Source: an uncultured Acidobacteriota bacterium
GTDB taxonomy: Bacteria > Acidobacteriota > Vicinamibacteria > Vicinamibacterales > UBA8438
Assembly: GCA_913043225.1 (NCBI GenBank)
Contig: CAJWLU010000015.1
Span: 1 to 64,000 of the forward strand
Direction of reading: 5' to 3'
Length of the DNA stretch: 64,000 bases
The position numbers and the translations under genes were made by a program. The notes under the pieces were generated by a model. That model was not told the DNA's origin, ran no database searches, and worked only from the letters and a program-made list of their open reading frames with translations. Numbering within the stretch: position 1 is the first letter of the stretch; each line of letters starts with the position of its first letter. Below, one piece after another: positions 37,582-47,717 of this stretch.

Positions 37582-39639
37582 ATGACATCGAACGCGCAAC
37601 ATCGGTGGCAGACGGGACTGCTCGTCGCTCTGGCCCTGATCGTGGCGGCGCCGTTGGCTTCGGCGCAGCAGCCGGGCACCGAGAACGGCGAGTGGCGCTA
37701 TCAGAGCGCTGACGCCGGAGGCACCAGATACTCGCCTGCGGACCAGATCACGGCCGAGAACTTCGGCGATCTGGAAACGGCTTGGATCTTTCGCGGCGAC
37801 AACTTCAGCCCCCACGAGAACTACACGTTCAAGTCGACGCCTAGTTACATAGACGGCATCCTCTACACGGTGGCCGGCTATCGCCGCACTATCGTGGCCA
37901 TGGACCCGGCGACGGGTGAGCAGCTCTGGAGCTACCGCGAGCCACACACTGTGCGCTGGGAGCAGTCGATGCGTGCCGCCTACGGTAAGGGGGTGGGGCA
38001 CAGCTATATCGACGGGCGCCTGGTGATCTACGTCATCACGCCGGCCTTCTTCCTGCATGCGATCGACGGCGAGACTGGCGAGCACCTTGAGGGCTTCGGC
38101 GGGCAGATTCCGCTCGACGGATTTCCCGAGACCGGCGTGATCGACCTGCTGGCCGACCTAGGGTATCCGTGGGACCCAGACACCGGACTCGACCCCTTGG
38201 TCGGTTACATCACCAGTTCGTCGCCCCCCATCGTGGTCAACGACACGGTGGTGATCGGTAACTCGCACGAGCAGGGCTACAGCCAGACCAGGCTCGAGAA
38301 TGTGCCCGGGCACATCCTGGCCTACGACAAGCGGACAGGTGAGCACCAGTGGAAGTTCAATGTTATCCCGCAGTCGGAGAGCGAGTTCGGGTTCGACACT
38401 TGGGAGAACGAGGCCTGGCGGTGGACCGGCGACGTGTCGTCGTGGGCGCCGCTGGCGGCCGATATGGAAAGGGGCATCGTTTACATCCCGACCAACGCGC
38501 CAACGATCGACTACTACGGGGGATTTAGGCCGGGGGACAACTTATTCGGCACGAGCATCATCGCGCTCGATGTCGAAACGGGTGAGCGGCTCTGGCACTT
38601 CCAGACGGTGCATCACCCGATCTGGAACTATGACCTGCCGAACGTGCCGATCCTGTACGACGCGACTGTCAATGGCAGGGAAGTGCCGATGGTGATCCAG
38701 ACCACCAAGCAGGGGTTGACCTTCGCCTTCGACCGCGTGACAGGTGAGCCGGTCTGGCCGATCGAGGAACGCGAAGTGGAGCAGTCGATCGTCCCGGGCG
38801 AGCAGCTGTCGCTAACCCAGCCGTTCCCGACCCGCCCGGCCCCACTCGAACTGCTGCTGCTGACCGAGGACGACGTCATCGATTTCACGCCTGAGCTGAA
38901 GACCGAGGCGCTCGAGATCATGAGCGAGTACCGGATCGGTGGCCCGTACATGCCGCCGCTGCCCGAAGGGCATGCGGAACCGGTGAAGGGGTGGGTTGGC
39001 TGCTCGGGCGGTCTCAATATCACCAATCCGGCCTCCTTCGATCCCACCACCGGATACCTGTACCAGCCGTCGGGGCCATCTTGCTCGGGGCGTACGGTGC
39101 AGCGGGGCCAGAAAGCCGATGGCGACACCCATTCCTGCACCTCTTCCGAGGGTGACTGCTGGACCACCGGTACCACGGTGTCCGAGTGGGTTGCTGGCGG
39201 ACCGGGTATCGGCTGGGGGGGGCCGCAGGGGTTGCCGATCTTCAAGCCGCCCTACAACCGGATCACGGCGATCGACATGGACACTGGCGAACATGTGTTC
39301 TGGGCTCCGGTGGGTGAGGCTTCCGACCGCATGAAGCGCCATCCGGCGCTGCAGGGTGTCGATCTGAGTAACGTTGGAGGCGGACGGCGCGCGGTCTCGA
39401 TGGTGGCCGGTGACCTCTTGTTGACCACCCGCGGCATGAACGGACCCGCACTACTGGATGCCCGGAACAAGCTGACCGGCGAATTGGTCGGCACCGTCGA
39501 TCTGCCTGCGCCCGGCCAGTACGGCATGATGACCTACATGCACGAGGGTGAGCAGTACATCGTCGTGCAGGTGGGGCGTGCCGGAATGATGCAGGGCGGG
39601 CTGGCGGCGCTCAAGCTGCAGGGTGGCGACGGCCACTGA
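37582..39639 (+). CDS. Exported PQQ-dependent dehydrogenase (glucose/quinate DH-like, no TM anchor)
   Basis: RYSPADQIT, W..FQTVHH.IWNYD, KQG..F.FDR.TGEP.WP, TQPFP, MTY...G.QYIVV. Confidence 0.88.
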   Translation: MTSNAQHRWQTGLLVALALIVAAPLASAQQPGTENGEWRYQSADAGGTRYSPADQITAENFGDLETAWIFRGDNFSPHENYTFKSTPSYIDGILYTVAGYRRTIVAMDPATGEQLWSYREPHTVRWEQSMRAAYGKGVGHSYIDGRLVIYVITPAFFLHAIDGETGEHLEGFGGQIPLDGFPETGVIDLLADLGYPWDPDTGLDPLVGYITSSSPPIVVNDTVVIGNSHEQGYSQTRLENVPGHILAYDKRTGEHQWKFNVIPQSESEFGFDTWENEAWRWTGDVSSWAPLAADMERGIVYIPTNAPTIDYYGGFRPGDNLFGTSIIALDVETGERLWHFQTVHHPIWNYDLPNVPILYDATVNGREVPMVIQTTKQGLTFAFDRVTGEPVWPIEEREVEQSIVPGEQLSLTQPFPTRPAPLELLLLTEDDVIDFTPELKTEALEIMSEYRIGGPYMPPLPEGHAEPVKGWVGCSGGLNITNPASFDPTTGYLYQPSGPSCSGRTVQRGQKADGDTHSCTSSEGDCWTTGTTVSEWVAGGPGIGWGGPQGLPIFKPPYNRITAIDMDTGEHVFWAPVGEASDRMKRHPALQGVDLSNVGGGRRAVSMVAGDLLLTTRGMNGPALLDARNKLTGELVGTVDLPAPGQYGMMTYMHEGEQYIVVQVGRAGMMQGGLAALKLQGGDGH

Positions 39640-39660
39640 GCTCATCCGGTTGAATCCGAC

Positions 39661-39691
39661 GTGGGTGCTGGGAAGCCAGCGCCCGCCTCTT
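39661..39691 (+). terminator. GC-rich hairpin after the PQQ DH (possible terminator, weak U-tract)
   Basis: GTGGGTGCTGG-GAAG-CCAGCGCCCGC followed by CTCTT. Confidence 0.45.
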
Positions 39692-40001
39692 CCCGTAACT
39701 GGAGCCGCCGCCAGTCGCGTGCCCCTGTCATGCAACGGTGCATCCCAGGGGACCGTCGTGGCGTCTTAACTTTGCAGGCGCCGCGCCAGTCAACGACGGC
39801 TTCCGCTATTGCAGCGCTAACCAGGGCGGAGCCATCTACACGGTTCGGGTGCCGGTCTCAGTGACGCACTTTGGGGTGCTATTGAGAATCGAATCGGTGC
39901 GATAGTGCCCGTCGTCACGGCCTTCTGATATTCTGCCTTCACGCGCTCGGTCCGCCCACGCGGCGGGAGCGTGCCCTCCTTGTGTCCCGGATGGAGTCCT
40001 G

Positions 40002-41027
40002 ATGGCGTCGTTGGAAGTCACAGAGTTGCTCGGAGACGGAATCGGTCCCGAGCTCAGGGGGAGCGTGCACGCGGTCTCCGCGGTGCTGCCACTGGACGTA
40101 CACTTCGTCCCGGTGGACCTGTCGCTCGAGAGTCGCAGCTCCCGCGGGGCGGCGCTATTCGACCAAGCGGTCGCCCAGATGAGCGGTTCCCGGTTGGCTC
40201 TCAAGTACCCGACCGTGACCGAAACGGAGTCGCCGAACGCGGTGCTGCGGCGCCGGCTGGAGTTCAGCGTCATCCACCGTCCGGTGATCTCCATTGACGG
40301 CATCAAATCCAACTTCAGCGAAGAGGTCTTCCTCCACGTCGTCCGGGTGGCGACCGGCGGCACCTATGAGGACCCGGGGCGGCGCATTGGTCGCGATGCG
40401 GCTGTGTCGCTCCGGATCGTGGAGCGCATCCCGTGCGAGCAGGCAGCGCGTTTTGCGTTCGAACTGGCCCGCAAGAAAGCGCTTTCGGTGACTTCCTCGT
40501 CTAAGCACACGATCCAGCGGGTGACTGACGGGTTCTTCGAAGAGGTCGCACGGGAGGTCGGGCAGCGGTATCCAGACATCGAGCATCGGGTCGAGTTGTT
40601 CGACGCCCTGCTGGCTAAGATCATCCTCAAGCCGAGCGACTTCGGCATCGTGTTGTGCCTAAATGAGTACGGAGACTTCCTCTCCGACATGGCGTGCGGT
40701 CTCGTGGGGAGCCTGGGCATCGGCGCCAGTGGGTCCTACAGTTTCGAGGATGACGGTCGGACGCGGGTGGCCATGTTCGACCCGGCTGGCGGCACGGCGC
40801 CGGACATCGCCGGGCAGGGGCGGTGCAACCCGTCGGCCGCCCTGCTGGCGTTCGGCATGTTGCTGGATCATGTGGGTCGCTACGACTTGGGGTACGCGCT
40901 CCGTTTGTCCCTCTTGGCCTGCATTGCCGAAGGCGTGAGCACTGCGGATATCGGCGGCAGGCTGGGCACGGCCGACTTCACCGCTGAGGTGGTGAGCCGC
41001 CTGCGGGCGCGGCTGGTGACGGAGTGA
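40002..41027 (+). CDS. Divergent isocitrate/isopropylmalate dehydrogenase family protein
   Basis: GDGIGPE, NEYGDFLSD, GTAPDIAG, NPSA, TADIGG. Confidence 0.85.
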   Translation: MASLEVTELLGDGIGPELRGSVHAVSAVLPLDVHFVPVDLSLESRSSRGAALFDQAVAQMSGSRLALKYPTVTETESPNAVLRRRLEFSVIHRPVISIDGIKSNFSEEVFLHVVRVATGGTYEDPGRRIGRDAAVSLRIVERIPCEQAARFAFELARKKALSVTSSSKHTIQRVTDGFFEEVAREVGQRYPDIEHRVELFDALLAKIILKPSDFGIVLCLNEYGDFLSDMACGLVGSLGIGASGSYSFEDDGRTRVAMFDPAGGTAPDIAGQGRCNPSAALLAFGMLLDHVGRYDLGYALRLSLLACIAEGVSTADIGGRLGTADFTAEVVSRLRARLVTE

Positions 41028-41072
41028 TGCTGGTAGTCAGACGGTGTGCGGAACAGACAAGGAGATGATTTG

Positions 41073-41888
41073 ATGAACGGTGACGGCAACCTCGCCGTGT
41101 TCTGTGATTTCGAGAACATCGCCCTCGGGGTACGTGACGCCAAGCTGACCACCTTCGAGATCGGGCCGGTGGTCGAGCGCCTCCTGCTTAAAGGCAGCAT
41201 CGTGGCCAAGAAGGCCTACTGTGACTGGGAGCGGTACAAGCAGTTCAAGAAGACGATGCACGAGGCGGCGTTCGAGTTGATCGAGATTCCACACGCGCGA
41301 CAGTCAGGTAAGAACTCGGCCGACATCCGGATGGTTGTCGATGCCCTAGACCTTTGCTATACCAAGGAGCACATCGACACGTTTGTCATCGTCTCGGGAG
41401 ATTCCGACTTCTCGCCACTTGTTAGCAAACTCCGCGAGAACGCGAAGTCGGTCATCGGCGTGGGCGTTAAGCAGTCGACGTCGGATCTGCTGGTCAGCAA
41501 CTGTGACGAGTTTATCTTCTACGACGATCTCGTGGCCGAGCGGCAGCCCGCCCGCCGCCGTCAGCGGAGTCGTGGACGCGGTAAGGCTAAGGGTGAGCAG
41601 AAGGCGCCTATGGCCGAGGAGCCGGCGACAGAAGACCGCGCCCAGGAAGCGATCGACCTGATCGTGCAGACCGCGGAAGGGTTGTATGCCGAGCGCGGTG
41701 ACCGGGCCAAGCTGTGGGGGTCGATGATTAAGCAGACGCTGAAGCGCCGTCGCCCCGGCTTTAGCGAGGCGGCCTACGGGTTTGGTTCCTTCAATGAACT
41801 GCTCGAAGAGGCCCAGAGTCGCGGGCTGATCGAACTCGACCTCGACGAACGCTCTGGCGGTTACGTGATCGGCTCGATCTCCAGCTGA
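41073..41888 (+). CDS. NYN (LabA/DUF88) domain plus OST-HTH/LOTUS protein
   Basis: DFENI, GKNSADIRMVVDA, SGDSDF, C-terminal YGFGSF..LL; SD AAGGAG. Confidence 0.92.
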   Translation: MNGDGNLAVFCDFENIALGVRDAKLTTFEIGPVVERLLLKGSIVAKKAYCDWERYKQFKKTMHEAAFELIEIPHARQSGKNSADIRMVVDALDLCYTKEHIDTFVIVSGDSDFSPLVSKLRENAKSVIGVGVKQSTSDLLVSNCDEFIFYDDLVAERQPARRRQRSRGRGKAKGEQKAPMAEEPATEDRAQEAIDLIVQTAEGLYAERGDRAKLWGSMIKQTLKRRRPGFSEAAYGFGSFNELLEEAQSRGLIELDLDERSGGYVIGSISS

Positions 41889-41889
41889 G

Positions 41890-43353
41890 TTAGCCGGCGA
41901 CAGCCAGCACTGGCCCCGCCACCAGGTACAGCACGACTGTTCCCGCCGCTGCGAGCAGGGCGTAGGGGAGCTGCGTCTGGATGTGGTCGATGTGGTCGCA
42001 CCCGGCCGCCACGGACGAGATGAGCGAGGTGTCGCTGATGGGAGAGCAATGGTCACCGAACACACCGCCTCCCAGAACCGCGCTCACCATGAGCGGCACG
42101 GAAACGGGGTCTCCCGCCGCGGTCATCGTCAATGCGAGCGGGACCGCCAGCGGGATCATGATGGCGAACGTGCCCCAACTCGTGCCGATGGAAAAGGCGA
42201 TGAGACCGGTGGTTAGGAAGGCCACCGGCGCCGCCACGCTCGCTGTCAGATGAGGCGCGGCCTGTGCGGCCAGAAACTCGCCGGTGCCGAGAATGTCGCA
42301 CACGTCCCCGATCGCGAACGCCAGGACGAGAAGCGTGGCGATCGGGAGCATGGTCCCTGCGCCCGCGAACGCGAGGTCGAGCAGACGAGGCGGCTGGCCG
42401 CGTTCCGCGATGAGGGCGAGGATCCCGGCCAGGGTCAGCGCCACTAACACGCCCCACAGTACCGCTGTCGAGCCGGAGGCGCCGTTCAGATAGTCAAGGA
42501 GCCGTGGGGCGTCGAGATTTGCCTCACGTACGCTGGCACGCCCCGTGACGGTAAGGCCGGCGAACACGGTCCCGACCATCGCGGCAAGCGGTAACACTAG
42601 GAGGCGCGCCTGGCCTGTGGGGGAGGCCGGGCCGAAGCGGCTCTCGTCGTCCCCGGGTGTTTCTATGGCTCCGGTCTGTCGCCGGGCACGCGCCGCGGCA
42701 CCTTTCATGGGGCCCAGGTCACGCCCAGTGACCGCCACTGCAAAGACCAGCAGTACTGTGAGTAATACGTAGAAGTTCAGCGGGACGGCAGCAAGAAAGA
42801 GCCCCATCGGCTGTGTACCCGGGATCGACTGAGCTGTGAGAAGTCCTAGGATGAGGGCCCCCCAGCTGTTGAACGGGATCAGCATGCAGACCGGCGCCGA
42901 GGTGGAGTCGCAGATGTAGGCTAGCTTTTCCCGGGGGATTCCGAGGCGATCGAAGACCGGTCGGCCAACCGACCCGACCACCAGACAGGTGACGGTCGAT
43001 TCCACGAACACGCCCAATCCCAGTCCCGCCGCCAGCAACTCGGCGCCACGTCGCGTTCCTGTCCACGGCCATCGCTGGAGCCAGACGAGGAAGCCGGCGA
43101 TGCCGCCGCAGCGCTTGACAATCTCGAGAAAGCTGCCCATCAGTAGGGTGAACAGCACCACGCTGGTTTGCCCCGGGTCGCCGAACACGGCGACCAGTTG
43201 ACTTACAGCGGCGCCGGTGCCACCCGCTAGTTCGCCGGTGGCGATGATCCAGCCGACCCAGACGCCGACCAGTAGTGCGCTGATGGCGTGGCGGGTGACT
43301 ACCGCGAGACCGATCGCCAGGGCGGGGGGAAAGATGACGAGCCAGCTGTCCAC
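41890..43353 (-). CDS. NhaC-family Na+/H+ antiporter
   Basis: EKLAYICDSTSAP, GTSWGTFAIM, GGVFGDHCSPISDT, HI.TQLPY. Confidence 0.92.
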   Translation of the reverse strand: MDSWLVIFPPALAIGLAVVTRHAISALLVGVWVGWIIATGELAGGTGAAVSQLVAVFGDPGQTSVVLFTLLMGSFLEIVKRCGGIAGFLVWLQRWPWTGTRRGAELLAAGLGLGVFVESTVTCLVVGSVGRPVFDRLGIPREKLAYICDSTSAPVCMLIPFNSWGALILGLLTAQSIPGTQPMGLFLAAVPLNFYVLLTVLLVFAVAVTGRDLGPMKGAAARARRQTGAIETPGDDESRFGPASPTGQARLLVLPLAAMVGTVFAGLTVTGRASVREANLDAPRLLDYLNGASGSTAVLWGVLVALTLAGILALIAERGQPPRLLDLAFAGAGTMLPIATLLVLAFAIGDVCDILGTGEFLAAQAAPHLTASVAAPVAFLTTGLIAFSIGTSWGTFAIMIPLAVPLALTMTAAGDPVSVPLMVSAVLGGGVFGDHCSPISDTSLISSVAAGCDHIDHIQTQLPYALLAAAGTVVLYLVAGPVLAVAG

Positions 43354-43420
43354 GACGGGTCGATCCTACTGTCCCCGGCGCAGGCCGAGTTCTGTAGAAT
43401 TACCGAGGCTTCTCGGTTCT

Positions 43421-43445
43421 GCGAATTCTTGACTTGGGACACTAG
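43421..43445. repeat. Short dispersed repeat arm; core TGACTTGGGACACT also at 35343-35356
   Basis: Exact 14-nt match at 43430-43443 and 35343-35356, both intergenic. Confidence 0.55.
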
Positions 43446-43457
43446 CCGGAGGTGGTT

Positions 43458-44693
43458 ATGAGCCGGATTCCAGTGACGTCACGTCGAGCCGTGTTCTTGA
43501 TGGCGTTGGTAGCTTCGGTGGTCCTCGCGCCCGTCCTCGTCTCCCAACAGCGCCAGGAAGAGGAGGCCAGGCCGCCCGGGTTGCCTCGCGATCCGGTGCC
43601 GGACGAAGTGGTCATCAATACCCACGAGATTGCCGAGGTGCGCGTGGTGACCCTCGCCCGAGGGCTGACCCATCCCTGGGGCATGGCGTTTCTCCCGGGC
43701 GGAGACATGCTGATCACGGAGCGCGCCGGGCGTCTGCGGATGCTTCGTGACGGGGTGCTCGATCCTGAGCCGGTGGCCGGTGTGCCGACCGTGCTGTCGC
43801 GAGGTCTGGCCGGCTTGATGGACGTGACCCTCCATCCAGACTTTGACCAGAACCGTCTCGTGTATCTGTCCTACACCCGACCTGTGACTGAGCGAGAGGG
43901 TACCGTCGCGCTTGTCCGAGGACGTCTCGAGGGTATGTCGCTGCGCGACGTCGAGGACGTCTTTGTCGCCGAGGCGTGGGGTGGGTCGACGGCCGCTGCC
44001 AGAATCGCGTTCGCCCCGGACGGCCTGCTGTACATGACCGTCGGCGGGGCGTTCGGGACCAATCCTGACGAGTCGCGGGCCCAGGACCCGAGTAGTCATG
44101 CGGGCAAGATTCTCCGGTTGCGCGATGACGGGTCGGTGCCGCCTGACAACCCGTTCGTGGGGCGTGACGGCTATCAGCCAGAGATTTTCTCGTTGGGCCA
44201 TCGAAATCAACAGGGGCTCGCGTTCCATCCGGCCACCGCAACGCCGTTGGCGACCGAGCATGCGGTGCAGGGCGGCGACGAGCTGAACGTCATCCAGCCG
44301 GGAGGGAACTACGGCTGGCCCGTGGTCTCCTACGGACGGCAGTACACGGGCGAGCGGGTGACTGGTCGCTTCTGGGCCGACGGGATGGTGGAGCCGCTAG
44401 TGTTCTGGGTGCCCTCGATTGCACCCTCGGGCCTGGCGTTTTACACCGGCGATCGTTTCCCGGAATGGCAGGGCAATCTCTTTGTTGGGTCGATGATGAC
44501 CGGTCGCATCGGCCGCACCGGCCATATCGAGCGGATCGTGTTCAACGAGAACGGTGAAGAGCTAGCCCGTGAGTGGCTCCTCACGGAGTTGCGTCAGCGT
44601 ATTCGCGACGTCGGGCAGGGGCCGGATGGGCTGCTCTACGTCCTGACCGAGGAGGACGACGCGACGCTGCTTCGGCTCGAGCCGATGCGCTGA
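43458..44693 (+). CDS. PQQ-dependent soluble aldose sugar dehydrogenase (GSDH/YliI-like)
   Basis: HPWGMAFLP, ITER.GRLR, GKILR, GHRNQQG, GGDELN, NYGWP, IAPSG, RIRDV. Confidence 0.92.
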   Translation: MSRIPVTSRRAVFLMALVASVVLAPVLVSQQRQEEEARPPGLPRDPVPDEVVINTHEIAEVRVVTLARGLTHPWGMAFLPGGDMLITERAGRLRMLRDGVLDPEPVAGVPTVLSRGLAGLMDVTLHPDFDQNRLVYLSYTRPVTEREGTVALVRGRLEGMSLRDVEDVFVAEAWGGSTAAARIAFAPDGLLYMTVGGAFGTNPDESRAQDPSSHAGKILRLRDDGSVPPDNPFVGRDGYQPEIFSLGHRNQQGLAFHPATATPLATEHAVQGGDELNVIQPGGNYGWPVVSYGRQYTGERVTGRFWADGMVEPLVFWVPSIAPSGLAFYTGDRFPEWQGNLFVGSMMTGRIGRTGHIERIVFNENGEELAREWLLTELRQRIRDVGQGPDGLLYVLTEEDDATLLRLEPMR

Positions 44694-44714
44694 AACGTCT
44701 CGTCCCGATCCTGC

Positions 44715-45724
44715 GTGCGTACGCTCGCTCTGCATGGAATGCCCGCTCACTGGCGTGGGCCGGAGCTCTTCGACCGGACCGACTGGGGTCGGCGGTTGGG
44801 GGAAACGGAACTCGGTGGCCTCAGGACAGTTGCCAGACAGGCCGATCCGGAGCGGTTGGCCGAGCACGGTCTCGAGGCGCTGCCAGGTCTCGAGCCCCTG
44901 ATTATAGGACTGCAAACCGAGTTGGAGGAGGGCGCTGGCGCCATCCTGCTGCGCGGTGTTCCCGTGGCGGCGTGGGGCGAGGCGATCAGCACCAGCGCCT
45001 TCTGGGCACTTGCCAGCCATCTGGGTACGCCGCTCTCTCAGAGTGTGTCCGGGGAGCGGCTGTTCCATGTCCGAGACCACGGCTATGCGCCCAACGATCC
45101 GCGCTACCGGGGCCCCTCGTCCAGCGCAGGCTGAGTTTTCATACCGATCGTTGCGATGTCATTGCGTTCTGCTGTCTCCGGGCCGCCGATAGCGGTGGCG
45201 AGAACTACGTGGTGAGTTCGGTCGCGCTCTACGAGGCACTGCGCCGTGAGCAGCCTGACGTGCTCACTGTGCTGTGCGAGCCCTTTCCGTATCTGCGCCA
45301 CACGGTGGATCAGGGCAACGCCCTGCCGTTTTGCGGACTCCCGGTGTTCTCGGAGCGGGACGGGTGGTTCGGTGCCCACTTCTTGCGGGTGCTCATCGAC
45401 CGCGCCGACCGGGCGCCGGAGGCGCCGAGTCTCACCGCGCGACAGCGGGAAGCCCTCGATGCGCTCGAGACACTGGCCGAGGACCCGGCGTTGCACGTGC
45501 GGTTTCGGCTCGAAGCCGGCGATATCCTGCTGCTCAATAACTGGATCACATTCCACCGCCGCAGCGCATTTATTGACCAGGGCGTACCGAACGCTCGACG
45601 TCATCTCCTGAGGATCTGGTTGTCGATGGCCAACAGTCGACCGATCGCCGAGTGTTTCGGCGACCATTTCGGCGCGACGGCGGCCGGCGCGCTTCGGGGT
45701 GGGATGAGACCTCGCACGGGCTGA
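44715..45724 (+). pseudogene. TauD/TfdA-family dioxygenase split by a single frameshift near 45120-45130 (pseudogene or sequence error)
   Basis: One frame encodes PAHWRG...GTPLSQ...HVRD...RYRGPSS; the -1 frame continues RLSFHTDRCD...GDILLLNN...HRR...RHLLRIWL. Confidence 0.8.
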
Positions 45725-45829
45725 TCGTGGGGCACCACCATCATCACCGAGGCGATGCTCCCGCCGGCGCGGGCACCGTGAGCGGCCGACCGCCACCTGG
45801 CACACCCAATGTCGTGATCCCAGAGCGCT

Positions 45830-45846
45830 GTTACAGAAGTATTACA
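45830..45846. promoter_or_regulatory. OmpR-family direct-repeat box upstream of the desaturase
   Basis: TTACAG repeated at 11-bp spacing; minus strand reads TGTAAT-N5-TGTAAC. Confidence 0.55.
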
Positions 45847-45892
45847 GTCCGTCCGTGGTTGCCGTTGGTAGGCTGAGGCCGAAGGAGTTACC

Positions 45893-46765
45893 GTGCAGAC
45901 CGACATCCAAGTCAACGATCGCACCCGGATCAGCTGGGTCACGACGATCGCGCTCATCGTATTTCACGTTCTTGCAGTGGTCGCGCTCTTCAACGCCACC
46001 TGGGGAGCCGTGATCCTTGCCTTCGCGCTGCACTGGATCTGCATCGGCTGGGGGATCGGGCTTGGCTACCACCGGCTGCACACGCATCGCTCCTACAAGA
46101 CGTACAAGCCGATCGAGTATTTCTTTGCCATCTGCGGGACCCTCACCCTCGAAGGTGGGCCGGTGTTTTGGACTGCTTTGCACCGTATTCACCATCAGCA
46201 CTCGGACAAAGAGGGCGACCCCCATACTCCCCGCGACGGTAAGTGGTGGTCGCACATTCTCTGGACGATCTTCGGTGAGGAGATGCACTCGAACACCGAG
46301 GTTATGGGCAAGTACGCGCCTGATCTCATGAAGGACCGCTTCTACCGGGTGCTGACCAGGTGGCACTGGGTGCCGATGGTCGTGTTGGGACTGGTGCTGT
46401 TGGCGATTGGTGGCTGGACCTGGGCCCTGTGGGGTATCTTCCTGCGGGTCGTGGTCGGCCTGCACTGTACTTGGCTGGTGAATTCCGCTACGCATCTCTG
46501 GGGTAACCGGCGGTTCGATACCAGCGATGATTCCCGGAATCTCGGATGGGTGGCCCTCATTACCTTCGGTGAAGGATGGCACAACAATCACCACGCCCAT
46601 CCCACGTCGGCTCGCCACGGCATGATCTGGCGGGAGATCGACCTCAGTTGGATGCAGATCCGGCTGATGGAGTGGCTGGGGCTGGCCTGGGACGTGCAAG
46701 TGCCCACCGCCGCCCAGATCGCGAACAAGACCATTACGGTCGACGCCGAACCTGAAGTCGCTTAG
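45893..46765 (+). CDS. Delta-9-type acyl-CoA/acyl-lipid desaturase
   Basis: His boxes HRLHTH, HRIHH, HNNHH; GDPHTP, VNSATH; SD AAGGAG. Confidence 0.95.
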   Translation: MQTDIQVNDRTRISWVTTIALIVFHVLAVVALFNATWGAVILAFALHWICIGWGIGLGYHRLHTHRSYKTYKPIEYFFAICGTLTLEGGPVFWTALHRIHHQHSDKEGDPHTPRDGKWWSHILWTIFGEEMHSNTEVMGKYAPDLMKDRFYRVLTRWHWVPMVVLGLVLLAIGGWTWALWGIFLRVVVGLHCTWLVNSATHLWGNRRFDTSDDSRNLGWVALITFGEGWHNNHHAHPTSARHGMIWREIDLSWMQIRLMEWLGLAWDVQVPTAAQIANKTITVDAEPEVA

Positions 46766-46805
46766 CTTTCCTCGCTGGACAGCCCGCACCGGAGACGCGA
46801 CACTA

Positions 46806-47717
46806 GTGCGCATGGACCGGTCTGGTGGCACGCGGCGGCGTGCGGTCGTCCTGGTGTGGTTGCTGGGCGCCGGGTTGATCGCGGTCGCGGTTGCCCTGAA
46901 CATCAGCTTCATCGTCGTCAACTGGCGAGCCGGTTTGCTGTTGCTCGTCGGCGTGGTCAGCTTCGTGGTGCTGATCGGGGGGCTGGCTCTCAATACCGCC
47001 TTTCTGGTGCGTGAGATCCGCAAGAGTGAACAACACGATGCGTTCATCCATGCGGTGACACACGAGCTAAAGACGCCGCTCGCCTCGATCAAGCTCTACC
47101 TGCAGACCCTCCAGCAACGCGAGCTCGATAGCGCCCGTCGAGGCGAACTAATCGACACCATGCTGGAGGATTCCGAGCGCCTGCAGCAGACCATCGACCA
47201 GATACTCCTGGCTGGGAAGACCGGCGATGCTCGCAGAGTGGACAACCCTACCGACGTGGACGTAGCGGAGGTCGTGGGTGAGTGTGTACATCTGGTCGGG
47301 AAGCGGCATCATTTGACGAACGGAGAGGTCAGTCTGGTGGACCGGTTGCCGTGCGGCACGCGAGTGCTTGGCGACCGCGACGAACTCGTCGCCGCGGTCA
47401 CTAACCTGGTCGACAACGCCATCAAGTATTCGGGCGATCGCGTCAAGGTGGTGGTCGAAGTGGCCAGCGCCGGTGCGCGGCGGGTGGCGATCAGCGTGCG
47501 TGACCAGGGAATTGGGATCACCAGCGTCGAGCTGAAGCGGGTATTTCGCCGCTTCTATCGGCTGCCTGACGCGCTCCAGTCGAGGGTGCGTGGTACCGGG
47601 GTCGGGCTTTCGATCGTGCGAGCTGTGGCCAGACGCCATGGCGGACGGGCCTACGCCGAGAGCCGTGGCGCCGGCCAAGGGAGCACCTTCACCCTTGAGT
47701 TGCCGTTGAAGACGTGA
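46806..47717 (+). CDS. Sensor histidine kinase, 2 TM with almost no periplasmic loop
   Basis: THELKTPL, NLVDNAIKYS, DQGIG, GTGVGL. Confidence 0.93.
   Translation: MRMDRSGGTRRRAVVLVWLLGAGLIAVAVALNISFIVVNWRAGLLLLVGVVSFVVLIGGLALNTAFLVREIRKSEQHDAFIHAVTHELKTPLASIKLYLQTLQQRELDSARRGELIDTMLEDSERLQQTIDQILLAGKTGDARRVDNPTDVDVAEVVGECVHLVGKRHHLTNGEVSLVDRLPCGTRVLGDRDELVAAVTNLVDNAIKYSGDRVKVVVEVASAGARRVAISVRDQGIGITSVELKRVFRRFYRLPDALQSRVRGTGVGLSIVRAVARRHGGRAYAESRGAGQGSTFTLELPLKT

Noticed and set aside
37582..39639. Possible lanthanide-dependent (XoxF/PedH) dehydrogenase
   Set aside because: Lacks the adjacent Cys-Cys pair and the WDYD-type motif (reads WNYD); it is glucose/quinate DH-like.
39645..39715. Cobalamin riboswitch-like words (CCGGTTGAATCCG, CCCGTAACTG, CTGGGAAG)
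   Set aside because: Wrong order, no leading AGGGAA, no B12 box, and no B12-related downstream gene.
45727..45876. Small ORF starting with five His codons upstream of the desaturase (attenuator-like)
   Set aside because: No SD, no terminator/antiterminator, unrelated downstream gene, and it overlaps the likely promoter box.
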